From Octopus vulgaris (lineage: Eukaryota), in NCBI GenBank assembly GCA_951406725.2, contig OX597835.1, positions 4,092,001 through 4,156,000 on the forward strand: 64,000 nt of DNA, read 5' to 3'. Position 1 is the first letter of the stretch. Each line of letters opens with the position of its first letter. The notes below the pieces were generated by a model. It had not been told where the DNA came from. It saw nothing but the letters and a program-made list of their open reading frames with translations, and searched no databases. Of this stretch, positions 38,174 to 54,411 are shown in pieces. The translations under genes were made by a program, and so were the position numbers.

Positions 38174-39479
38174 CATGTCTATATAAATATGCATGTCTAT
38201 GTATCTAGCACGTCTTTGCATTTATAATTGTCTATATAGACAATCATGCCTATACTGACACACATGCCTATATTAAAAATTCATGCGCATATAGATATAT
38301 ATGCTGATATTTGATTTAGTTTTCCACATCAATTCAGTGAAATGTTCTCCTTTCTGTCTAACACTCTTCCTGTTTGACACGACAACGTCTAATTTTCTAC
38401 CCGAATATAAAGTAATTCTCATTTAATAATCTGCGGCTAATGTCCGCTCCTCACTCAACTGTTATAAATCTTCATGAATTATATAACGGACTTGAAGACA
38501 TTTCATTAAAATTATTATGGCATTCTCTTCATTCTTATTTTATCAATATTTCAATTACTATCTTGTAAGATGGATTTCTTGTATTTTATATTCTGGGGCA
38601 ATTTTTTTGTTACCCGTTCTGGTTAAAAAAAAACACAAACACCTACGTGATTCTGACTACGCCTAGGTTTAACGAGAGCCAATTAGGTCTAAATCACTAT
38701 CTTTTATTGGCCAGGTTTGTATTTTCTCCCTATGAAATTAATTCAGAGCACGACCCAATATATATTTTGCATTCTCATTTTGCAGTGATTTTTCGGGCCG
38801 AAGAAGAAGATATACAATTACAGACTGGAATGTTAAAACCTTTCGAATCTTGTTGTTTTCTAGGTCACACAGATACATTATCTACAGAGTACCACAAAGT
38901 AATTTATGGATTAAGCCGCACAACAATGGAACGAAGAAATTTTGTGGATGTAAGGATTTAGTTTTGTATAATGGCCCTCTGGGTTACTGGGTTGCTATTC
39001 AACTTGGATGTCGGACTCTTGACCAAATAAAGAGTGATGTGCATATACTACATACATACACACATACATAACATATATAGTGGCTGCCTTCCCATATACG
39101 AGCAAAGCCATTGCTAGAAAGATTCATTGAAATGAGTGATTGATGATGCAATATGAGGCCCTTTTATGACTCTTGTGCTCCGCCAAGGATTTGCACATTT
39201 TATTACATAATGCACAATTGTGCTGGTTGGCAGAAGAGACCGGTGCTACAGTATGAAGTCTTTTGATTTGCCTTTTTAAGCCTCCAACTGAACGGCACAT
39301 CTTTCACAGGTTGCGCATGTTCTATTGTGAACAATAGATATCTCACAATTTACAAGGGTTCAATTCCTGTGGTTTCTTTGATGGTTGACTAGGCCTGCAT
39401 GACTCAAGCATTTCCTCCTACAAATCACATATACATACACATGTATGTATGTATGTCATTGTTCATTTTTATTTCAAGA

Positions 39480-39545
39480 TTTCTTGCCAATAGAGAAAGA
39501 ACCGGTTTCTAACCTAGATTCAAGGCTCCTTCATTGGAATTTCAA
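39480..39545 (-). other. Degenerate hammerhead-like motif in a PLE-terminus-like fragment
   Basis: CCAAUGA-AGG-AGCCUUG(AAUC)UAGGUU-A-GAAA-CCGG-UU; palindromic stem III, non-canonical 5' core. Confidence 0.3.
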
Positions 39546-40119
39546 CATCAACAACAGAGTATTTTTGTTTATATGTATGTATGTATGTATGTTTATGTGC
39601 AGATTTGTATGTTTTGCTTTATATATGTATTCTCATGCATATAGTTGCAGATCTAGACATGCTTGTAGATATTTAAATGATAAACTTCTGGAAAGTTTTA
39701 CAGATTTTTACTGTTCCAGTGATGGATTGGATCTGTAGCCTTCGAATTAGTTTTTTCCATTTTAATTTTGAGAAGCCTAATTTCTCAAGATTGTATTTAG
39801 GCATGTATGTATGTATGTACGTATGTACCATGTATGTATGTAGGTATGTATGTACGTATGTACCATGTATGTATGTATGTATGTATGTACGTATGTCTCG
39901 AAATCCTGGTCCCGGCTGCACAAGCGTCGGACATCGAGTCCGACGTATGAGTGTTCCACTTTTTGCCGAACGACCTGCACAAAGGATTTGTTTATAGTGA
40001 CCAAATGTTCGTGTCGCACATTAGCCAACTCTCTCCATCAAATCCACGTTGTCTGAACAGGTACAAGGTTTACCAACCGTCAGATGTCGAAATGGTCGCA
40101 GAAATGATTTGCAGAAAGT

Positions 40120-40530
40120 TATCGAGAATCTTGAAATAAGAAAATGGAAGGTGAGGGAAATAAGATGAAAGGTGTAGAGGCAATTTCGTTAATTTCTACG
40201 GAATAAGTTGTGAGAGGAATGGTCAGCTGTTGTTATGGAGATGAATTGGTCCTTTTTTTCATTGGTCAATGCTGGATGTCAACTTTGCAGTACTTCTCTG
40301 CTGTGATGTTTCCGCCAAGGTTCAAGAAATAAAAGTGGATGGTTCCATTTACCGAACAATAGTCATAAGCTTCTTTTGACGCAGCTTCAGTTTGGCCAAG
40401 TGCTTTGGTGCTTCAGCGGGTTCCATTCCATAACGCTTGCTGTCTCATCCATTATCACGTAAAATCCACGGACATTCCATGTTTCAATGCGATTAGGAGG
40501 TGATTTCAGCTCATGAAGCACACATTTATC
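40120..40530 (-). pseudogene. Highly decayed mariner remnant
   Basis: PKHLAKLKLRQKKLM (cf. PKHFPKPKLHQKKVM) and LDNFLQ fragments. Confidence 0.45.
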
Positions 40531-41397
40531 ATTAGAGCCACTGAGCAATCGTCCAAACCTCCAAAAATAGCAGCTGAATCTCTCTCAGATCACACATCCT
40601 AATCATAAAACAAAGAGGGACACGTGTGACAATGTAGTCTTTGATAGACAGGATGGTCACGGTTGTAAAGATGTTTTAATATTGGTGTGATCGATCAGAC
40701 TTAACTCGAGGATAAACAACAACCAAAGTAGCTCCTACTCAGAAGATCGACCTGCTAAAAATAGCAATCAAATATCCCACAAAGCACATCAAATCTTACC
40801 GATTTGTGAATGGAGAACGTAGTCTCTCACACACACAAAAACGGATAGAAGGCTTTCTTGGGATTCCACTGAAGCCAGAAGTAGCATGCCAAATTTTCCT
40901 CAAACCACACATCAGCTTTTAAAATGGAGATCACCAGAAGCGAAGACAAATGGCTATGTTAGATACGCTCTCTTTAACATAGCATGTTAGCACATGTATA
41001 TACGCATAATATGGATTGTATGAAGATTAATGAAAACCTATGAATAATTGATGACGATTAAACGTAAACAAAAGAACAAATGATTGGCTGCAATATGTGT
41101 TTTGTTTCTTTCAACATATTTCATATTCCTTTTAAATATTCTTTCCTTCTTGAAATTCTAGCGACGTCTAAAAGACATTAGTCAGATGCCTACTGCCCGG
41201 CCCTCGAATATGAGAAGAATTTCAGAAGAAAACATAAAAGCCAACCTAAAGCTTCTACTCTGCATCCTACGTATCACCACACACACACACACACACACAC
41301 ACATACGATGTATATAAATATGAATCTATGCATGTATGTGTGTGTATGTTTGTACGTATGTATGCATACATACACACGTTTGTAAATATTTCTATGT

Positions 41398-41760
<363 letters not shown>

Positions 41761-41889
41761 ATGTGTATATATATATATGTGTGTGTGTGTGTGTATATAT
41801 ATATACATATACATACATACATACATACATATATATATATATAGTGGTGCTGTAGGGATTGGTATTGTTGTTGTTGTTGTTGCTTGTAA

Positions 41890-41923
<34 letters not shown>

Positions 41924-42318
41924 GATGGGGAACGTGTTTTTTACTTTCTTCTTTTATCCTTTTTTTCCCCCCTATATCCTTGAAATATTGCTTCCTTCCT
42001 TAAACATTCTGCTGAAGTTTTAAAGACCTTTTTTGTCGGAGACATTGATAAATACCTTCTGCCCCACCCCCCTCGAATACCTGAATAATTTCAGAAGGAA
42101 ACATTATCACGAAGAAAGTTGAGCAAAGAAACCTCCACCACCCGGCCACGTCTACCTTCCCCACTCGTCTACCTTCCTCTTCATTATCATCGTCCTTCCT
42201 CCGCCTCTTCCGCCTTCTTTCCTCATCATAATCATCATCTTTATCACCACCACCACCACCACTACCGCCGCCGCCGCCACCGTTTGTCTGTCTGTCTGTC
42301 TCTGTCTGCCTGCCTGCC

Positions 42319-42371
<53 letters not shown>

Positions 42372-42382
42372 GTCTGACTGTG

Positions 42383-42501
<119 letters not shown>

Positions 42502-42504
42502 ATG

Positions 42505-42541
<37 letters not shown>

Positions 42542-42596
42542 GTATCTATCTATCTAATCTATCTATCTATGCACACACACGCACACACACGCACAC

Positions 42597-42691
<95 letters not shown>

Positions 42692-42797
42692 CAGGGGTTG
42701 GACAAAATAATGGAAACACCTAGCATCATAGCATCATAGTTTTAAAATATCTGTAAAACTGTGAAAAGCTTGTTTATTTTTATGTTTTTTTTAAAAT
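42692..42797 (+). mobile_element. Tc1-like terminal fragment
   Basis: TA-caggggttggacaaaataatggaaacacc resembles a Tc1 TIR; no partner end visible. Confidence 0.55.
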
Positions 42798-43208
42798 TTA
42801 TAAGTCCTGGGGTCGATTTGTTCGACTAAAGGCGGTGCTCCAGCAAGGCCGCATTGAAATGACTGAAACAGATAAAAGAATATATATATATATATATATA
42901 TATACTAATACATATATGGATAAGGTTAAATCTCCTTTCCGACTCATAAAGCTGTTTTTCTTGGATTCTGTGGCGTACATACCCACCTCCATCACTCCTG
43001 GATGGGTCGTCGGATCGTCGCAGGGTTTGTCATATTTGTCAGCTGAGTGGACTGGAGCAACGTGAAATGAAGTGTTTTGAATAAAAAATATAACATACCA
43101 CCCGATACAGGAATCGAAACCACAATTCTACGATCACGAGTGCAACTCTCCTAACCACTAAGTCAGGCATTTCCATTTGTGGATATGTGGATTTATAGAT
43201 ATATCTAT

Positions 43209-43659
43209 TACTCTTTTACTCTTTTACTTGTTTCAGTCATTTGACTGCGGCCATGCTGGAGCACCGCCTTTAATCGAGCAACTCGACCCCGGGACTTATT
43301 CTTTTGTAAGCCCAGTACTTATTCTATCGGTCTCTTTTGCCGAACCGCTAAGTAACGGGGACGTAAACACACCAGCATCGGTTGTCAAGCAATGCTAGGG
43401 GGACAAATACAGACACACAAACACACACACGCATATATATATATATACATACATATATATATACATATATACGACGGGCTTCTTTCAGTTTCCGTCTACC
43501 AAATCCACTCACAAGGCTTTGGTCGACCCGAGGCTATAGTAGAAGACACTTGCCCAAGGTGCCACGCAGTGGGCCTGAACCCGGGGACATAAACACACCA
43601 GCATCGGTTGTCAAGCAATGCTAGGGGGACAAATACAGACACACAAACACACACACGCA

Positions 43660-43721
<62 letters not shown>

Positions 43722-43887
43722 TACGACGGGCTTCTTTCAGTTTCCGTCTACCAAATCCACTCACAAGGCTTTGGTCGACCCGAGGCTATAGTAGAAGACA
43801 CTTGCCCAAGGTGCCACGCAGTGGGACTGAACCCGGAACCATGTGGTTGGTAAACAAGCTACTTACCACACAGCCACTCCTGCGCCT
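43209..43887 (-). mobile_element. SINE family A with ~220-bp internal tandem duplication
   Basis: Segment ggggac.taaacacaccag...gaaccc occurs twice, joined at ~43580-43585. Confidence 0.9.
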
Positions 43888-43905
43888 ATTACATATCGAA
43901 ATACT

Positions 43906-44005
43906 NNNNNNNNNNNNNNNNNNNNNNNNNNNNNNNNNNNNNNNNNNNNNNNNNNNNNNNNNNNNNNNNNNNNNNNNNNNNNNNNNNNNNNNNNNNNNNN
44001 NNNNN
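43906..44005. other. Assembly gap (100 N)
   Basis: Run of N. Confidence 1.
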
Positions 44006-44038
44006 AGGTTGGTAGTAATAATAACTCGTAGGTGGGTA

Positions 44039-44076
<38 letters not shown>

Positions 44077-44132
44077 TTAGGGAAGGGAAGAAATGGAGCC
44101 GAACGAAGATTCTACAAAATTCCTTTTTATTA

Positions 44133-44216
44133 TTTTCTACACATGTTTCAAAGGCTGCAAATTCCCAAATTCGGATTGAATAAGGAGACCATTCTGCAGC
44201 TTTCTCTTCAGGAAAA
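44133..44216 (-). ncRNA. Type-I hammerhead motif (duplicate of 33812-33895)
   Basis: Identical sequence in the duplicated block. Confidence 0.85.
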
Positions 44217-44606
44217 TCCAGCAATTTAAAATCTCAAAACAAATGCGCAGCAAGCTTTTCGAACAAAACGTAACCTCAACCGTGTCTTTTCTGGTGTGAT
44301 TTTTGCTACACAGGTATCGGTTAAATTTTGAATAATCCGTAACAAGATAATTCATTTATCCATTTCATTAAATATATATATATATATATATGCAGAGAGA
44401 GAGAGAGAGAGAGAAAGAGGTGGGGAGAGAGAGAGGGAGAGAGAGTGAGAGAGAGAGAGAGAGGGAGACAAAGTAAGGGAAAAAGAGAGAGACTTTGAAA
44501 TGAGGATAAAAATGGTGTTTGGTTCGTTGAATTACTTCCTATCCAATTCTGTATTTAACTACAAGCAGCTTCGCAAATAGAACACACACACACACACACA
44601 CACACA

Positions 44607-44695
<89 letters not shown>

Positions 44696-44972
44696 AGAGA
44701 GAGAGAGAGAGAGAGAACTGGATGCTGCTGACATTATCTATAAAAACATCAGCGAATACATAACACAATCAAATATGTTTTGTTCGTCCTGCGCTTGTAA
44801 TAAAAATGTCTGCAGTGATTCCAGTTTATGAATTTGGATCCACTTGTCTTATTTTACATTTGTCAATGTTGCAGGACCTTGATTCTGCTCAGGGCGTAAA
44901 AATATATATTTTATATATTATTGTATTTTGATATGTACGCCTTGATATATTTCCAGTTTCTGTTCGTAAATG

Positions 44973-45009
<37 letters not shown>

Positions 45010-45343
45010 AATTATGTATGTATGTATGCATGCATGTATGTATGTATGTATGTATGTATGTATGTATGTATGTATGTATGTATGTATGTATGTATGTATG
45101 TGTGCATGTGTGTATTATGTATGTATGTATGTATGTATGTATGTATGCATGCATGCATGTATGTATGTATGTATGTATGTATGTATGTACGTATGTATGT
45201 ATGTATGTATGTATGTATGTATGTATGTATGTATGTATGTATGTATGTGTGTGTGAGTGTGTGTTTCTCTCTTTGTTTTTTCTCTTCTTTTTTCCTCTCC
45301 TTTTTTTCTCTCCTTTTTTTCTCTCTTGTTTTTTCTGTGTACC

Positions 45344-45377
45344 TTTCTGTAGAAGAGCGTAGGCTCGAAACGTAAAA
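45344..45377 (+). ncRNA. Minimal hammerhead-like motif (duplicate of 35006-35039)
   Basis: Identical sequence in the duplicated block. Confidence 0.55.
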
Positions 45378-45738
45378 TACTTTTTCTATTCCTGAGCGTT
45401 ATACTAATACATCTGTTTGTTTTGTAACCACCTGTCTTCGTTTTTTGTTTTTTTTTTCGTAAACTTTCCCTATATATATGTATATATGTATATATAAAGA
45501 TGAGTGGTACAAATTTTTTTCTGGAAATAGCAGTCGATACAAATACAACGTTATTGCAAAGCTTCTCAATTTGTTTATGATCATAATTGCTTCTATATCC
45601 GCTCAACTTGATCCCTCTTATAGGCTTTCTTTACTTTGTGGAATCGATTCCCTGCAAAGACATCGAAGGCTAGGTTTGAATCTTTTGAGCACTACCAGGT
45701 GTCTTCTATACGGAGAATCTCTGGATCTCATCTATGAA

Positions 45739-45827
<89 letters not shown>

Positions 45828-46061
45828 TGTATACATACATATGTGTGTGTGTATTAATAATAATAATATGACAACAAAAGAATGAATGAGAGCTCGATAT
45901 TATATAAATAGAAGAATGTATCTATAAATATATGTGACATATGTATATACATATAAATATGTATATGTATATATATATATATGAATATACATATGTGCGT
46001 ATATATATATATATACATATATACATATACATATATATATATATATATACATACATATGTG

Positions 46062-46109
<48 letters not shown>

Positions 46110-46110
46110 T

Positions 46111-46151
<41 letters not shown>

Positions 46152-46784
46152 CACACACGCAGACATACGACTGTGCATGTGTGTGTATGTATGTGTATTT
46201 GTGCGTGTGTGTGCATATCAAACGAACAATATTGAGAGAAATTCCGGATAATATGTTCATTAAATTTAACCTCGTAGAAATTCGAATTTGAAAAACTTTC
46301 AGGAACCCGACCAAATATTAATATCACACGATTTGTTTCTTCACAATTTTTAATGTGCACATTCCATTTTGTTGAGTAAAATATGCTTTAAATGTTCTTA
46401 AAATAAATAATATTCATTTTTTGTGATGTTATTGTTTGTCTTAATAATGGCCGCTGGATAATGCAAAGCTTCGACTTTGAACTTTTAAAGGATACAAAAA
46501 ACATGTATTTTCTATTCATTAGAATTTTGAATGGTCAATAAACAGGCATCGCGTTTAACCATTTGGATCCTGTTAACTTGAAATTAAATGACACAACTTT
46601 GTACACCCTCCCACACACACACATTTACACATATATATATGCGTAGGTGTACGTGCGTGTGAGAGTGAATACCTGCTTTTAAGCATGGATGTATTGTATG
46701 TTAGTTAAAAAATATGAAAAGCGAGGATGACTGTTTTGTATATCTCTATCGGCAAATACGTCTATATGAACCATAAAGAAAGAA

Positions 46785-47014
46785 GGCGGCGAGCTGGCAG
46801 AAACGTTAGCACGTCGGGCGATACGCGTAGCCGTATTTCGTCTGCCGTTACGTTCTGAGTTCAAATTCCGTCGAGGTCGACTTTGCCTTTCATCCTTTCG
46901 GGGTCGATTAAATAAAGTACCAGTTACGCACTGGGTCGATGTAATCGATTTAATCACTTCGTCTGTCCTTGTTTGTCCCCCTCTATGTTTAGCCCCTTGT
47001 AGGCAATAAAGAAA
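46785..47014 (+). mobile_element. SINE family B (duplicate of 36451-36680)
   Basis: Identical in the duplicated block. Confidence 0.9.
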
Positions 47015-47103
47015 TATATATAAACATAAAGACACATATAAAATGCATGGCTATATAGATATACTTGTCTAGACACACACACACACACATATACATACAC
47101 ACT

Positions 47104-47143
<40 letters not shown>

Positions 47144-47183
47144 CATACACATACATGTCTGTATAGATAAAGATGTACATATA

Positions 47184-48511
47184 TGTTAGGTTGGCAACTA
47201 AGTTACCGCGGTTTTTTTAAATTAAAATTTTTTAAAAGGTTTAATAAAAAAATAACAACTAATTAATCAATATAATATATTCACCCTTGTTGTTTACAAC
47301 TTCTTCGCAACGTTCAACAAAATTTCCAATACCTCGTTCGTAGAAATCACCCGATTTTGACACGAAAAATTGATCCAACCAAGCTCTCAATTCTACATCA
47401 GTATTGAACGAAACTTCGCGCATAACATTTGAAAGAGATAGAAAGAGGTGGAAATCTGTTGGTGCCAAATCAAGAGGGTATGGCGGGAGTGGCAGCACTT
47501 CCCAGCTATGCGTTTGAATGGCTTCCTTGGTCATATTGGCGAAGAGGGCGGACGTTGTCGTGCAGCAGAAGAACTCCATACTGACGATTAGGTCTTTTCT
47601 CTTGAATAGCCGTGTTGAGTCGTTCCATATGTTGAACATAGAGAACCACGTTGACCGTTTGGTTCCGTTCAAGCAATTCATAATAAATAATCCCTTCGCA
47701 GTCCCACCATACGCACAACATCGTTTCATGCAAATGAAGATCTTGCTTGAAGCGCGGTGTCGCTTGTTTACCGGAGCTAAGACATTCCTTACGCTGGTTC
47801 ATATTAATGTACAGGCACCATTTTTCGTCGCCAGTAACGATTCAGTAAAGAAATCGTTGCTTGTGTCCATGAGTTGAGCGATGACGAGCAAGCAATCCAG
47901 CGGAGATTGTGGCTCGTTGAGTTTTGTTGTTGTTATTTAAAGCATGCAGAACCCATGATCCATACTTCCGAACTTTTCCCATCGAGTGAGTGAAGATGTT
48001 TCTCTATAGCAGTGTGGGAGCATTCCATTTTCTCTGCCAGTTCCCTTGTCGATTGACGAGAATTTTCGTGCAAAAGTTGGTTTAATCGCTCTTCATCGAA
48101 CTCAACTGGACGGGCAGAACGAGGTGCGTCTTTGAGGTCAAAAAATTTCCATTTTTGAACTTGGCATACCAATCATGAGTGGTTCTTTCAGCTATGGCAC
48201 CCTCTCCATACACAGCTCAAATGTCGGGAGCAGCTTTTGCAGCCTTAGAACGCTAATTAAATGCAAAAAGAAGGACGTATCGAAAATGCTCGTTTTTCTT
48301 AACTTGTCGTTCCATTATAATGATCTGAAAATAAACAAAAATTAACTAAAGTTAACTAGAAAAAAACAACAAAAAACAAACAAACAAACAAAATAGATTC
48401 CAAAATGATTCAAAAATAGAATTCTCGTAAACAATAGATTCCAAAATTTAAAAACGCAATAAATTTCCAAAATTAAAAAAAAACGACGGGAGATTAGCTG
48501 CCAACGCAATA
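47184..48511 (-). mobile_element. mariner element (duplicate of 36848-38173)
   Basis: Same TIRs and frameshifted transposase. Confidence 0.92.
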
Positions 48512-51500
48512 CATGTCTATATAAATATGCATGTCTATGTATCTAGCACGTCTTTGCATTTATAATTGTCTATATAGACAATCATGCCTATACTGACACA
48601 CATGCCTATATTAAAAATTCATGCGCATATAGATATATATGCTGATATTTGATTTAGTTTTCCACATCAATTCAGTGAAATGTTCTCCTTTCTGTCTAAC
48701 ACTCTTCCTGTTTGACACGACAACGTCTAATTTTCTACCCGAATATAAAGTAATTCTCATTTAATAATCTGCGGCTAATGTCCGCTCCTCACTCAACTGT
48801 TATAAATCTTCATGAATTATATAACGGACTTGAAGACATTTCATTAAAATTATTATGGCATTCTCTTCATTCTTATTTTATCAATATTTCAATTACTATC
48901 TTGTAAGATGGATTTCTTGTATTTTATATTCTGGGGCAATTTTTTTGTTACCCGTTCTGGTTAAAAAAAAACACAAACACCTACGTGATTCTGACTACGC
49001 CTAGGTTTAACGAGAGCCAATTAGGTCTAAATCACTATCTTTTATTGGCCAGGTTTGTATTTTCTCCCTATGAAATTAATTCAGAGCACGACCCAATATA
49101 TATTTTGCATTCTCATTTTGCAGTGATTTTTCGGGCCGAAGAAGAAGATATACAATTACAGACTGGAATGTTAAAACCTTTCGAATCTTGTTGTTTTCTA
49201 GGTCACACAGATACATTATCTACAGAGTACCACAAAGTAATTTATGGATTAAGCCGCACAACAATGGAACGAAGAAATTTTGTGGATGTAAGGATTTAGT
49301 TTTGTATAATGGCCCTCTGGGTTACTGGGTTGCTATTCAACTTGGATGTCGGACTCTTGACCAAATAAAGAGTGATGTGCATATACTACATACATACACA
49401 CATACATAACATATATAGTGGCTGCCTTCCCATATACGAGCAAAGCCATTGCTAGAAAGATTCATTGAAATGAGTGATTGATGATGCAATATGAGGCCCT
49501 TTTATGACTCTTGTGCTCCGCCAAGGATTTGCACATTTTATTACATAATGCACAATTGTGCTGGTTGGCAGAAGAGACCGGTGCTACAGTATGAAGTCTT
49601 TTGATTTGCCTTTTTAAGCCTCCAACTGAACGGCACATCTTTCACAGGTTGCGCATGTTCTATTGTGAACAATAGATATCTCACAATTTACAAGGGTTCA
49701 ATTCCTGTGGTTTCTTTGATGGTTGACTAGGCCTGCATGACTCAAGCATTTCCTCCTACAAATCACATATACATACACATGTATGTATGTATGTCATTGT
49801 TCATTTTTATTTCAAGATTTCTTGCCAATAGAGAAAGAACCGGTTTCTAACCTAGATTCAAGGCTCCTTCATTGGAATTTCAACATCAACAACAGAGTAT
49901 TTTTGTTTATATGTATGTATGTATGTATGTTTATGTGCAGATTTGTATGTTTTGCTTTATATATGTATTCTCATGCATATAGTTGCAGATCTAGACATGC
50001 TTGTAGATATTTAAATGATAAACTTCTGGAAAGTTTTACAGATTTTTACTGTTCCAGTGATGGATTGGATCTGTAGCCTTCGAATTAGTTTTTTCCATTT
50101 TAATTTTGAGAAGCCTAATTTCTCAAGATTGTATTTAGGCATGTATGTATGTATGTACGTATGTACCATGTATGTATGTAGGTATGTATGTACGTATGTA
50201 CCATGTATGTATGTATGTATGTATGTACGTATGTCTCGAAATCCTGGTCCCGGCTGCACAAGCGTCGGACATCGAGTCCGACGTATGAGTGTTCCACTTT
50301 TTGCCGAACGACCTGCACAAAGGATTTGTTTATAGTGACCAAATGTTCGTGTCGCACATTAGCCAACTCTCTCCATCAAATCCACGTTGTCTGAACAGGT
50401 ACAAGGTTTACCAACCGTCAGATGTCGAAATGGTCGCAGAAATGATTTGCAGAAAGTTATCGAGAATCTTGAAATAAGAAAATGGAAGGTGAGGGAAATA
50501 AGATGAAAGGTGTAGAGGCAATTTCGTTAATTTCTACGGAATAAGTTGTGAGAGGAATGGTCAGCTGTTGTTATGGAGATGAATTGGTCCTTTTTTTCAT
50601 TGGTCAATGCTGGATGTCAACTTTGCAGTACTTCTCTGCTGTGATGTTTCCGCCAAGGTTCAAGAAATAAAAGTGGATGGTTCCATTTACCGAACAATAG
50701 TCATAAGCTTCTTTTGACGCAGCTTCAGTTTGGCCAAGTGCTTTGGTGCTTCAGTGGGTTCCATTCCATAACGCTTGCTGTCTCATCCATTATCACGTAA
50801 AATCCACGGACATTCCATGTTTCAATGCGATTAGGAGGTGATTTCAGCTCATGAAGCACACATTTATCATTAGAGCCACTGAGCAATCGTCCAAACCTCC
50901 AAAAATAGCAGCTGAATCTCTCTCAGATCACACATCCTAATCATAAAACAAAGAGGGACACGTGTGACAATGTAGTCTTTGATAGACAGGATGGTCACGG
51001 TTGTAAAGATGTTTTAATATTGGTGTGATCGATCAGACTTAACTCGAGGATAAACAACAACCAAAGTAGCTCCTACTCAGAAGATCGACCTGCTAAAAAT
51101 AGCAATCAAATATCCCACAAAGCACATCAAATCTTACCGATTTGTGAATGGAGAACGTAGTCTCTCACACACACAAAAACGGATAGAAGGCTTTCTTGGG
51201 ATTCCACTGAAGCCAGAAGTAGCATGCCAAATTTTCCTCAAACCACACATCAGCTTTTAAAATGGAGATCACCAGAAGCGAAGACAAATGGCTATGTTAG
51301 ATACGCTCTCTTTAACATAGCATGTTAGCACATGTATATACGCATAATATGGATTGTATGAAGATTAATGAAAACCTATGAATAATTGATGACGATTAAA
51401 CGTAAACAAAAGAACAAATGATTGGCTGCAATATGTGTTTTGTTTCTTTCAACATATTTCATATTCCTTTTAAATATTCTTTCCTTCTTGAAATTCTAGC

Positions 51501-51801
51501 GACGTCTAAAAGACATTAGTCAGATGCCTACTGCCCGGCCCTCGAATATGAGAAGAATTTCAGAAGAAAACATAAAAGCCAACCTAAAGCTTCTACTCTG
51601 CATCCTACGTATCACCACACACACACACACACACACACACATACGATGTATATAAATATGAATCTATGCATGTATGTGTGTGTATGTTTGTACGTATGTA
51701 TGCATACATACACACGTTTGTAAATATTTCTATGTTTATATATATATATATATATATATATACAAATACATATATATATATATATACAAATATATAATAT
51801 A

Positions 51802-51920
<119 letters not shown>

Positions 51921-51957
51921 ATATATATAATATATGATATATATATATATATATATA

Positions 51958-52084
<127 letters not shown>

Positions 52085-52159
52085 ATATATATAATATATA
52101 TATGTGTATGCATGTGTATATATATATATGTGTGTGTGTGTGTGTATATATATATACAT

Positions 52160-52192
<33 letters not shown>

Positions 52193-52244
52193 TATATAGT
52201 GGTGCTGTAGGGATTGGTATTGTTGTTGTTGTTGTTGCTTGTAA

Positions 52245-52278
<34 letters not shown>

Positions 52279-52673
52279 GATGGGGAACGTGTTTTTTACT
52301 TTCTTCTTTTATCCTTTTTTTTCCCCCTATATCCTTGAAATATTGCTTCCTTCCTTAAACATTCTGCTGAAGTTTTAAAGACCTTTTTTGTCGGAGACAT
52401 TGATAAATACCTTCTGCCCCACCCCCCTCGAATACCTGAATAATTTCAGAAGGAAACATTATCACGAAGAAAGTTGAGCAAAGAAACCTCCACCACCCGG
52501 CCACGTCTACCTTCCCCACTCGTCTACCTTCCTCTTCATTATCATCGTCCTTCCTCCGCCTCTTCCGCCTTCTTTCCTCATCATAATCATCATCTTTATC
52601 ACCACCACCACCACCACTACCGCCGCCGCCGCCACCGTTTGTCTGTCTGTCTGTCTCTGTCTGCCTGCCTGCC

Positions 52674-52726
<53 letters not shown>

Positions 52727-52737
52727 GTCTGACTGTG

Positions 52738-52779
<42 letters not shown>

Positions 52780-52783
52780 TCTA

Positions 52784-52824
<41 letters not shown>

Positions 52825-52835
52825 ATGTCTGTCTG

Positions 52836-52900
<65 letters not shown>

Positions 52901-52926
52901 GCACACACACACACACACACGCACAC

Positions 52927-53011
<85 letters not shown>

Positions 53012-53529
53012 CAGGGGTTGGACAAAATAATGGAAACACCTAGCATCATAGCATCATAGTTTTAAAATATCTGTAAAACTGTGAAAAGCTTGTTTATTTT
53101 TATGTTTTTTTTAAAATTTATAAGTCCTGGGGTCGATTTGTTCGACTAAAGGCGGTGCTCCAGCAAGGCCGCATTGAAATGACTGAAACAGATAAAAGAA
53201 TATATATATATATATATATATATACTAATACATATATGGATAAGGTTAAATCTCCTTTCCGACTCATAAAGCTGTTTTTCTTGGATTCTGTGGCGTACAT
53301 ACCCACCTCCATCACTCCTGGATGGGTCGTCGGATCGTCGCAGGGTTTGTCATATTTGTCAGCTGAGTGGACTGGAGCAACGTGAAATGAAGTGTTTTGA
53401 ATAAAAAAATATAACATACCACCCGATACAGGAATCGAAACCACAATTCTACGATCACGAGTGCAACTCTCCTAACCACTAAGTCAGGCATTTCCATTTG
53501 TGGATATGTGGATTTATAGATATATCTAT

Positions 53530-53974
53530 TACTCTTTTACTCTTTTACTTGTTTCAGTCATTTGACTGCGGCCATGCTGGAGCACCGCCTTTAATCGAGC
53601 AACTCGACCCCGGGACTTATTCTTTTGTAAGCCCAGTACTTATTCTATCGGTCTCTTTTGCCGAACCGCTAAGTAACGGGGACGTAAACACACCAGCATC
53701 GGTTGTCAAGCAATGCTAGGGGGACAAATACAGACACACAAACACACACACGCATATATATATATATATACATATATATATACATATATACGACGGGCTT
53801 CTTTCAGTTTCCGTCTACCAAATCCACTCACAAGGCTTTGGTCGACCCGAGGCTATAGTAGAAGACACTTGCCCAAGGTGCCACGCAGTGGGCCTGAACC
53901 CGGGGACATAAACACACCAGCATCGGTTGTCAAGCAATGCTAGGGGGACAAATACAGACACACAAACACACACA

Positions 53975-54040
<66 letters not shown>

Positions 54041-54206
54041 TACGACGGGCTTCTTTCAGTTTCCGTCTACCAAATCCACTCACAAGGCTTTGGTCGGCCC
54101 GAGGCTATAGTAGAAGATACCTGCCCAAGGTGCCACGCAGTGGGACTGAACCCGGAACCATGTGGTTGGTAAACAAGCTACTTACCACACAGCCACTCCT
54201 GCGCCT
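53530..54206 (-). mobile_element. SINE family A with internal duplication (duplicate of 43209-43887)
   Basis: Same structure. Confidence 0.9.
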
Positions 54207-54350
54207 ATTACATATCGAAATACTCGTTTTTTATTTATTTAACGTCCGACCTTAAAGCCGTCTCGCATGTTCCTCATTTTGGTTGAATATTATTTGTTCT
54301 TCTGTGTTTCACTTTATCTGTCAACCATCACCTTCAACACCATTACTCTG

Positions 54351-54411
<61 letters not shown>

